A stretch of DNA of 64,000 bases, taken from an uncultured Verrucomicrobiae bacterium. Lineage in GTDB: Bacteria; Verrucomicrobiota; Verrucomicrobiia; Chthoniobacterales; JAFAMB01. A model generated the notes under the pieces. That model was given only the letters and a program-made list of their open reading frames with translations, searched no databases and was not told the origin of the DNA. Positions 56,770 to 64,000 of this stretch are shown here, one piece after another (position 1 is the first letter of the stretch; every line of letters begins with the position of its first letter). The stretch is taken from assembly GCA_963762565.1 (NCBI GenBank), contig CAVXLD010000007.1:96001-160000 (forward strand). Direction: 5' to 3'. A program made the translations under genes and the position numbers.

Positions 56770-57705
56770 CTACTCGATCACGGCTAACTTCGGCCGGTAA
56801 TCGTTGCAAAACCGGACGAAAGTGTCACCGGGCTCACCCAAGGCGCCACTGGGTAAGACCCAATAAAATCCCCGCCGCACCAGCAGATTGTTTATTCGGA
56901 CAATGCGGAGCTTACCTGCTGCTATGTCGTCTTTCACGCTCCAGCGGGACAAAAATGTGAGGCCCAGACATTGGATGGTCATCGTCCTAATCGCCTGGAT
57001 ATCGGAGATGACATATTGATAAGCCAACCGCTTGGTTTGGACGCCAAGTTTGCGTAATGCCTTCTCGACCACTGCTCTGGTGCCGGACCCCGCTTCCCGC
57101 CAAATCAGTGGCAGCCGGTACAAATCTTCGGCCGACGCAACCGAGGTTACCAGACGCTGGTAGGCAGAAAAAGTTGGACTGGTGCCCGCTACCAAGATCA
57201 GCTCGTCGTCCACAAATCGTTCCAGTCTGAGTCCAGCCGCTCGAGGATTCCCCTCTACTAAGCCGAAAGGGTAGATTCCTTCCCGTACCGATTCGAGGAC
57301 CACCTCGGTGTTGTCCACTTTCACCTCCACCGTAACGCCCGGATGCAGCCGGCAGAATTGAACGACAAAGCCGGGTATAACCTGGGACGCAATTGTCAAG
57401 CTGGCACCAAATCGCAGTTCACCGGCCAGTTTCTGCTCTCGATGAAATGAAGACTCGATGCGCGACAACGTACTCTGGATTTCGGTTGCCAGGGCTTGTA
57501 ATTGGTGACCCTCCCTCGTCAGATGAACTCCCCGGGTTGACCGGGTGAGCAGGGGTTTCTCCACGATTTCCTCCAGTCGCCGCAAGTGGGCAGTAACCGC
57601 CGGCTGCGATAAATGCAACTGCTTGGCCGCGGCCGAGATTTTACCGGAATGTGCTACGGCCAGAAAGGACCGAAGCAATCGAAGGTCGATATCGTTTGGA
57701 TTCAT
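56770..57705 (-). CDS. LysR-family regulator (CysL/YeiE-like)
   Basis: LHLSQPAVT, GASLTIA, GLVEG, REAGSGTR. Confidence 0.93.
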   Translation of the reverse strand: MNPNDIDLRLLRSFLAVAHSGKISAAAKQLHLSQPAVTAHLRRLEEIVEKPLLTRSTRGVHLTREGHQLQALATEIQSTLSRIESSFHREQKLAGELRFGASLTIASQVIPGFVVQFCRLHPGVTVEVKVDNTEVVLESVREGIYPFGLVEGNPRAAGLRLERFVDDELILVAGTSPTFSAYQRLVTSVASAEDLYRLPLIWREAGSGTRAVVEKALRKLGVQTKRLAYQYVISDIQAIRTMTIQCLGLTFLSRWSVKDDIAAGKLRIVRINNLLVRRGFYWVLPSGALGEPGDTFVRFCNDYRPKLAVIE

Positions 57706-57825
57706 TAAAAAGTGCTCAGGGCGGGAAGCCGGTATCAGGTGGCTCCGAGGGCGGCTATCAGGAATGGTGATAGCTAATAATAGAATTCGATTATCGCTGA
57801 GCCATTCCGGGCAGTACCAACAGAC

Positions 57826-58047
57826 ATGAAACTTCCACTTCTACTTAATAACAAGAGCTATCTTCGAGTAACGGCAATCCTGCCCATGTTCGGCCTTCTG
57901 GCATTTACCGGTTGCGCTAACCTGGCCGGCACCGCTGACAACCAAAACCAACGGACCAATCGGGTGGCAACCTATATGGAACAGAGTCAGGAACAAGTTC
58001 AGTCGGCCGATTCCGACGAAGATCCAGATTACGAGTGGTTCTACTAA
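57826..58047 (+). CDS. Small lipoprotein ending YEWFY
   Basis: Lipobox-like AFTGC; acidic tail; C-terminus matches the ORF at 23395. Confidence 0.75.
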   Translation: MKLPLLLNNKSYLRVTAILPMFGLLAFTGCANLAGTADNQNQRTNRVATYMEQSQEQVQSADSDEDPDYEWFY

Positions 58048-58103
58048 TCGTGAATTGCGAAATAGACCTGATGCCCAATAACCAAGAGTGACTGGATACG
58101 AGC

Positions 58104-59225
58104 ATGGAAAGTTTCCAAAGCGGTACTAACTGGAGTGAGCCGTCTGCTGTCTCCGAGAGCCGTTCGCAAACGGGACTCATCATGCGGCAGAACAAGCCAA
58201 GAGTGTTAGAGACTCCGCTCGACCGGGCTGACTCGTTTCTGACACCCACGGAGCTGTTTTACATACGCAGCCACTCTCCAGCTCCAAAACTCGACCCGGC
58301 TACTTATCGGCTGCAAATTGACGGCGCAGTCAGGAATGCGTTTTCGCTGACTTATGACGAATTGCGGGCCATGCCGTCACAGACTCAGGTCGCTCTTTTA
58401 GAGTGCGCCGGTAATAGCAGGGTGTTTCTAGTGCCTACAGCTTCTGGGGCCCAATGGGAGCTCGGTGGAGTCAGCAACGCAGAATGGACGGGAGTGCCGC
58501 TTCGACTTTTACTGGAGCGCGCCGGTTTGGAAGAAGATGCGGTTGAGATCGTGCTCGAAGGACCCGACCGCGGAGGCGCCAAAGAAGGAGCGATACCGCC
58601 GGCTCCAGTCTCATATGCTCGCAGTCTGGGTCGGGCGAAGGCGCTTGGGGAGGTGCTGATCGCCTATCAGATGAACGGCTGCGATCTTCCTCTTGATCAC
58701 GGCTATCCGGTGCGCGCGATCGTTCCAGGTCACTACGCTATGGCTTCTGTCAAATGGCTGAACCGGATTTACGCGGTCAGAGAACGATTTCAAGGCTACT
58801 GGCAAACATCTGACTATGCCTACTGGGATTCAGTAGACGGAAAACCGGTTCGGCGACCATCGGGAGAAATGCAGGTGAAATCCGAAATCTTCCGTCCGAG
58901 ATTTTACGAGAAGGTGGCACCCAGCGAGACTTACACCGTTTTCGGGGCTGCCTGGGCCGGTGAAAGCGAAGTGGCCGAGGTATCGGTGAGTACCGACGGA
59001 GGCAAAACCTGGGACGAGGCAGAATTCCTGGATCCGGTTTCACGCTATGCGTGGCGCCGATGGAAATTCGATTGGGTTACACCGAGCAAACCGTGCCAAT
59101 GCACTTTGATGTCTCGAGCAAAAGATACCTCCGGGAACGTGCAACCGAATCGCCATGACGAGAACTATGGCGGCTATGTGATCAATCATTTGCTGCCGAT
59201 CGAGGTATTCGTTGGGGACGTTTAA
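58104..59225 (+). CDS. Sulfite oxidase-family molybdoenzyme
   Basis: FYIRSH, LECAGN, HGYPVRAIVPG, VKWL, C-terminal dimerisation domain. Confidence 0.93.
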   Translation: MESFQSGTNWSEPSAVSESRSQTGLIMRQNKPRVLETPLDRADSFLTPTELFYIRSHSPAPKLDPATYRLQIDGAVRNAFSLTYDELRAMPSQTQVALLECAGNSRVFLVPTASGAQWELGGVSNAEWTGVPLRLLLERAGLEEDAVEIVLEGPDRGGAKEGAIPPAPVSYARSLGRAKALGEVLIAYQMNGCDLPLDHGYPVRAIVPGHYAMASVKWLNRIYAVRERFQGYWQTSDYAYWDSVDGKPVRRPSGEMQVKSEIFRPRFYEKVAPSETYTVFGAAWAGESEVAEVSVSTDGGKTWDEAEFLDPVSRYAWRRWKFDWVTPSKPCQCTLMSRAKDTSGNVQPNRHDENYGGYVINHLLPIEVFVGDV

Positions 59226-59264
59226 CAGGGTCGAACCCCGACTGGACGCGAAAACATAAAACAA

Positions 59265-59596
59265 CTCTCACAGCAAGGCCACAAAGGACGTAAAGCGGCA
59301 TAGCCGCAACCAAAGCACAGAAAATCTCACGCAAAGACGCAAAGGCGCAAAGGTTAAGACCAGCGGGGCTAAGCGTTCTCGATTTCGACGCGATGGATCG
59401 GGTTGGCGAGCGCGAAGTTAATCAGAGGTTCGAGCCACTAAGAAACGGTTCCTTATGAATGATTATCTCCGCATGAGGTCCTCGTACTTTTGCGCGAGCT
59501 TTGCAACTGTCTTAACCTTTGCGACTTTGCGTCTTTGCGTGAGTTTATTCTCCGTTTCCTCCCTATCTCCGTGGCCTTGGCGGCCTTGTTGTGAAA
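59265..59596. repeat. Nested inverted repeats (family C) between convergent genes
   Basis: ctcacgcaaagacgcaaaggcgcaaaggttaagac / gtcttaacctttgcgactttgcgtctttgcgtgag, inside tcacagcaaggcc / ggccttgttgtga. Confidence 0.8.
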
Positions 59597-59597
59597 A

Positions 59598-61268
59598 TTA
59601 TTTAGGTCCTCCAAAACCTTCATTTCCTTGTGCGGCGGGCACAGCGCTCCGGAGTTCGTCCACCAAAACCCGGATGTTTTCCGAGTAGTCTATAGGCACC
59701 GCGATCAGGTGGACGCCACCTCCGCTGAACGCCGCTTCCAACGCCGGTATCAACCCATCCGCAGAATCGACTCGCGACCCATTCGCGCCGTAAGCTTCCG
59801 CATACTTAACGAAATCGGGATTGCCGAAGGTCAATCCCCAATCGGCAAAAGAATCGACGGCTTGTTTCCACCGGATCATTCCATAGGCGTTGTCCTGCAG
59901 GATCAGAACCACCAAGTTTAAACGGAGGCGTATCGCCGTTTCTAATTCCTGTGAGTTCATCATGAACCCGCCGTCGCCGCAGACGGCCAGAACGCGCCGG
60001 TTGGGATAAAGCATGGCGGCCATCATGGCCGAAGGGAGTCCTGCGCCCATGGTTGCCAGGGCATTGTCCAACAAGAGGGTGTTTGCGATCCGAGTGCGAT
60101 AGTTGCGGGCAAACCAGATCTTGTACATGCCGTTGTCCAGACAGACGACTCCGTCTTCCGGCATCACCTGGCGGACGTCATGCACGATTCGTTGAGGGGT
60201 AAGAGGAAACCGGCTCTCGGTAGCCCGGTCTGTCAGGTGGGCGAGAATCTGTTCCCGCAGAGGCAGCAGCGCGGAAGCATTTTTTAAGCGGCCATCCAGT
60301 CTGTCGGCCAGCAGGACAAGGCTAGGTCCGACATCGCCCACGACCTCGGCATTTGGGAAGAACACCTCTTCCACCGTCGCTGGGATGTAACCGATATGAA
60401 TGACCTTGGGTCCCTTCGGGCCCATGATGAAGGGAGGTTTCTCAACGGTATCATGACCGATCGAGATGATGAGATCGGCCCGGTCAATCGCCTGGTGCAC
60501 ATAATCACGTTCGGAAAGAGCGGCGGTTCCCATGTAAAGATTTGATCCAGAGTTCACCGCGCCCTTTCCCATTTGAGTGTTAAAAAAGGGAATCCGCATG
60601 CGCCGGACGAAGTCAGAAAGCGCGTCCGCGAGTCGCGGCCGGCTGGCGGCGGCTCCCAACATGATCAACGGAAATCTGGATTCGAGGATCATCGCGGTTG
60701 CCCGATCCAACGCCGCTGGGTGCGCGATGGGGAAATCGATCGGATGCGGAGGCACTTTCGAGATCTGGCTAACTTCTTCTGCGGCGATATCTTCAGGCAG
60801 TTCGAGATGAACTGGTCCGGGACGCTCTTGACGTGCCACCCGGAATGCTTCGCGCACGATGGTCGGAATAGTCGCGGTACTGACGATCTGACGCGCCATT
60901 TTAGTCAGCGGCGTCATACTGGACACGATATCGACAATCTGAAACCTGGCTTGTTTGCTGGTGAGAATCCCTTTCTGTCCGGTGATCAGGATCATCGGCA
61001 TGGCGCCTAAAAGTGCGTAACCTGCGCCGGTCGAGAAGTTGAGCGCTCCTGGCCCCAATGTGCTTAGACAGACGCCCGGCTGGCCAGTCAAGCGTCCGAA
61101 GGTCGCGGCCATAAAGGCTGCCGCCTGTTCGTGCCGGGTAACGACGAGCTCGATTTTCGAACGGCGCAATGATTCGATTACGTCCAGGTTTTCTTCGCCG
61201 GGAACTCCGAAAATGCGCTGGACTCCTTCGTTTTCCAGTGCGGCAACCAGCAGGTCAGATCCTTTCAT
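59598..61268 (-). CDS. Acetolactate synthase large subunit-like TPP enzyme
   Basis: FGVPGEEN, RHEQAAAFMA, GDGGFMMN. Confidence 0.93.
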   Translation of the reverse strand: MKGSDLLVAALENEGVQRIFGVPGEENLDVIESLRRSKIELVVTRHEQAAAFMAATFGRLTGQPGVCLSTLGPGALNFSTGAGYALLGAMPMILITGQKGILTSKQARFQIVDIVSSMTPLTKMARQIVSTATIPTIVREAFRVARQERPGPVHLELPEDIAAEEVSQISKVPPHPIDFPIAHPAALDRATAMILESRFPLIMLGAAASRPRLADALSDFVRRMRIPFFNTQMGKGAVNSGSNLYMGTAALSERDYVHQAIDRADLIISIGHDTVEKPPFIMGPKGPKVIHIGYIPATVEEVFFPNAEVVGDVGPSLVLLADRLDGRLKNASALLPLREQILAHLTDRATESRFPLTPQRIVHDVRQVMPEDGVVCLDNGMYKIWFARNYRTRIANTLLLDNALATMGAGLPSAMMAAMLYPNRRVLAVCGDGGFMMNSQELETAIRLRLNLVVLILQDNAYGMIRWKQAVDSFADWGLTFGNPDFVKYAEAYGANGSRVDSADGLIPALEAAFSGGGVHLIAVPIDYSENIRVLVDELRSAVPAAQGNEGFGGPK

Positions 61269-61323
61269 TCTTAACCATAGCTAGTTACGTCTGTGATTGC
61301 GACTTGGCGTGAGAATTTCCGGC

Positions 61324-63036
61324 TCATCCGTTTTTCTTCAGGAAGGTAAAGTCGCAGCCCTCATTAGCCTGAGTAATGAAGTTGTCGTATAGCCAACTGT
61401 AACCGCGGGTCGACGACGGCGCCGGTGAACCGGGAAGCAGAGAGCGCCGGCGCTCCAGCTCGGTTTCTCCAACTAACAGATCCAACCGGCGTTCGCGTAC
61501 ACTGAGGCGGATCCGGTCACCGGTTTGCGCAAGGGCGAGGGGACCACCGGAAGCTGCGTCCGGGGTTACATGTAAAACGATGGTGCCAAAGGCGGTACCG
61601 CTCATACGGGCGTCAGAAATCCGGACCATGTCTTTCACCCCATTGCGGGCCAGCTTTTTCGGAATCGGCAAATAGCCGGCTTCAGGCATGGCGGCGGCGC
61701 TCTTGGGGCCCGCATTTCTTAGAACCAGGAAATCGTCCGCAGTGACATCGAGATCAGGGTCATCAATACGCGTTGCCAGATCATCTAAAGACGTGAAAAC
61801 CACGCATCGCCCTTCTCGTTCAAACAAACGCGGGTCGGCCGCGGAACGCTTAATGACGGCTCCGCCGGGAGCGAGATTGCCAAAGAGCATCACCAGACCT
61901 CCGGTCGTTTGAATTGGATCTTTAATCTCGCGGATAACCGTTCGATCGACCCATTTGCCGGCTGAATCGATGCGTTCGCCAACTGTCTCGCCGGTAACGG
62001 TTTCACAATCGAGGTGAAGCAAGCTGCTCAATTCGCGCATGACAGCGGGAATACCACCCGCGGCAGCCAAATCCTCCATATAATGAAGCCCGGTTGGCTT
62101 CAGATCGACCAAGACCGGCGTAGTCTCGGAGAGCTCATTGATCTGCCTTAAATCGAACTCCAAGCCGAGCCGGCCAGCGATTGCCGCCAAGTGAATCACG
62201 GCGTTGGTTGATCCACCAATGGCGAGTAGAACTCGGAGAGCATTCTCAAGCGATTTTTGGTTGATGATCCGGCTTGGCCGGCGTTCCGAACCAATGAGGG
62301 TTACCGCCACTCGCCCCGTTTCTTCTGCGATGCGTAACCGGTTAGCATCGACAGCCGGTACAGCGGCTGAGCCGGCCGGCATCATACCAAGAGCCTCGCT
62401 CAGGGAAGCCATGGTGCTGGCCGTGCCCATTACCGCACACGTACCAGCGGTTGACGCTAGCCGTTGTTCCACAGCGTCTATCTTCTCTTCTGTGAGTTCG
62501 CCGGCCCGGTAGCGAGCCCAAAATCGCCGGCAGTCGGTACAAGCGCCAAGCCGCTCGCCCTGATGGCGGCTGGTTGACATCGGTCCGGTTACTAGCTGGA
62601 TCGCGGGTAGATCGGCAGACGCTGCTCCCATCAGCTGTGCAGGCACCGTCTTATCACAACCCCCGATCAGGACGACGGCATCCATCGGCTGGGCCCGGAT
62701 CATTTCCTCCACATCCATTGACATGAGGTTCCGGAACTTCAGGCTGGTTGGAACTAGGAAGACCTCACCTAAAGAGAGGGTGGGAAACTCGATGGGCAAT
62801 GCGCCGGCGGAAAGTACACCTCGCTTGACGGCATCGATCAATTCGGGCACCAGCCGATGACAATTGTTGAACCCGCCGCCGGCATAGCAAATGCCAACAA
62901 CTGGACGATCAAGCAGTTCGCGGCTGTACCCCATTGAGCTGGCGAACGACCGACGCAGATACAGACTGAACTGCGCATCCCCGTAGTTAGTCAATCCGCG
63001 CGCCAGTCCGTGATCGTGTCTAATACTGTCGGGCAT
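61324..63036 (-). CDS. IlvD/Edd-family dihydroxy-acid (possibly sugar-acid) dehydratase
   Basis: NNCH, GCDKT, GTCAVMGTAS, GGSTN, SDARMSGT. Confidence 0.93.
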   Translation of the reverse strand: MPDSIRHDHGLARGLTNYGDAQFSLYLRRSFASSMGYSRELLDRPVVGICYAGGGFNNCHRLVPELIDAVKRGVLSAGALPIEFPTLSLGEVFLVPTSLKFRNLMSMDVEEMIRAQPMDAVVLIGGCDKTVPAQLMGAASADLPAIQLVTGPMSTSRHQGERLGACTDCRRFWARYRAGELTEEKIDAVEQRLASTAGTCAVMGTASTMASLSEALGMMPAGSAAVPAVDANRLRIAEETGRVAVTLIGSERRPSRIINQKSLENALRVLLAIGGSTNAVIHLAAIAGRLGLEFDLRQINELSETTPVLVDLKPTGLHYMEDLAAAGGIPAVMRELSSLLHLDCETVTGETVGERIDSAGKWVDRTVIREIKDPIQTTGGLVMLFGNLAPGGAVIKRSAADPRLFEREGRCVVFTSLDDLATRIDDPDLDVTADDFLVLRNAGPKSAAAMPEAGYLPIPKKLARNGVKDMVRISDARMSGTAFGTIVLHVTPDAASGGPLALAQTGDRIRLSVRERRLDLLVGETELERRRSLLPGSPAPSSTRGYSWLYDNFITQANEGCDFTFLKKNG

Positions 63037-63364
63037 CGTACGTTGGAGAATCTACTCCAGCCCAAGCTTTGTCTAGTTTGGTTCCAGATAGTCCCGCATC
63101 CCCGTCCGGCAGCAATTTCTCTTGCTGCTGCGAAACGGATAGGTTATAAGCAATTTCGAGTCGCACGGCTTCCTCCTGGCTGCAAATCCGAGCCAGCCTG
63201 GTTTAGCGAGCTAGTAACTTTAGGCCACGGACGGGCTACAAACCCCAGAGTAGATCTATCAAACTCGACTGTAACATCGCGGGCAGGGCCTTCTTGGGAT
63301 CGGCTATCGTCGAGGCTAAAACTCCGCGGAACACATCCGCCGGGACACAATCGGTAATTCGCAA

Positions 63365-64000
63365 ATGAACGACATTCGACACCATCTATCCGCTCTACCC
63401 TTTCTTGCGCTGTTTTCGTGTTCGGCCGTTGGCCTGGCCTGCGCGCAGACCGGCGAAGCTGCCAAGATTCCTGCCGCGATTCAGGCTATCTTCGATAAGC
63501 CCGAGTACAAAAATTCGACTTGGGGGTTACGGGTGGTCGACGCCTCGACCGGCGAGACGTTGCTCGATCTCAATCCGACCTACCAGTTTTTCATTGGCTC
63601 CGTTCGTAAGGTCTTCACCATTGGCGAGCTCATCAACCAGATCGGTCCCGACCACAGCTACGACACTCCGGTGTACCGCGAGGGGCCGGTCAATAGCGAA
63701 GGCGTCTTGCAAGGTGATCTCATCCTGGTCGCGTCGGGCGACCTCACCATGGGAGGCCGGACGCAGACAGACGGGAAGATCGCGGTTACCGATTATGACC
63801 ATAACGAAGCTAATTCTCTGGGAAATGCCCAGCTCACCAGTCCTGATCCATTAGCAGGCTTTGCGGAGATCGCCCATCAAATTGCAGCCAGCGGAATTAA
63901 GGAGATCGGCGGTGATGTAGTCATTGATGATCGTCTGTTTAACCCCTTTCTCTTCCGTGGTGAGTTCAACGTTAAGCCGATCTTCGTCAACGACGACTGC
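63365..64000 (+). CDS. dacB: D-Ala-D-Ala carboxypeptidase/endopeptidase (S13, PBP4), partial
   Basis: Manual translation: signal peptide, FFIGSVRKVF (SxxK), GDLILVASGDLTMG, GDVVIDD; open to the window end. Confidence 0.88.
   Translation, partial: MNDIRHHLSALPFLALFSCSAVGLACAQTGEAAKIPAAIQAIFDKPEYKNSTWGLRVVDASTGETLLDLNPTYQFFIGSVRKVFTIGELINQIGPDHSYDTPVYREGPVNSEGVLQGDLILVASGDLTMGGRTQTDGKIAVTDYDHNEANSLGNAQLTSPDPLAGFAEIAHQIAASGIKEIGGDVVIDDRLFNPFLFRGEFNVKPIFVNDDC

Noticed and set aside
63040..63360. Riboswitch (e.g. c-di-AMP) upstream of dacB
   Set aside because: A few hairpins are present, but I could not match any conserved aptamer motif

Overview
A 64-kb bacterial chromosomal window. Protein families and repeat styles suggest a soil Verrucomicrobium (Chthoniobacterales-like); this is inference only. 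No rRNA, tRNA, CRISPR array or intact transposase was seen. Main content: (i) an ECF sigma factor with a membrane Ser/Thr kinase-TolB/TPR partner; (ii) four secreted S53 (sedolisin/kumamolisin) protease paralogues with C-terminal FN3 domains, arranged as two convergent pairs, one of which has lost both its catalytic Ser and its oxyanion Asp; (iii) a BrnT/BrnA toxin-antitoxin pair; (iv) a long metal/cofactor homeostasis region (about 20.7-53.6 kb) with a Fur-boxed TonB receptor, chrA, a multicopper oxidase, rclC/rclA-like genes, CsoR/RcnR plus an atypical P1B-ATPase bounded by 43-bp direct repeats, a cobalamin riboswitch operon with two uncharacterised partner genes, NikR plus a TonB receptor, an internally deleted COG0523 gene and a cusCBA-like operon with a Cys-rich upstream ORF; (v) metabolic genes (sulfite oxidase-like, ALS, IlvD/EDD, dacB). 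Many intergenic spaces hold palindromic repeats: two REPIN-like families, tandem REP arrays, heptamer/octamer repeats, a MITE, and a ~30-bp hairpin mini-element found inserted into other repeats, in places three tiers deep. Two distant small secreted proteins share a C-terminal YEW[W/F]Y motif. Start codons were adjusted by eye where the ORF track ran into repeats.
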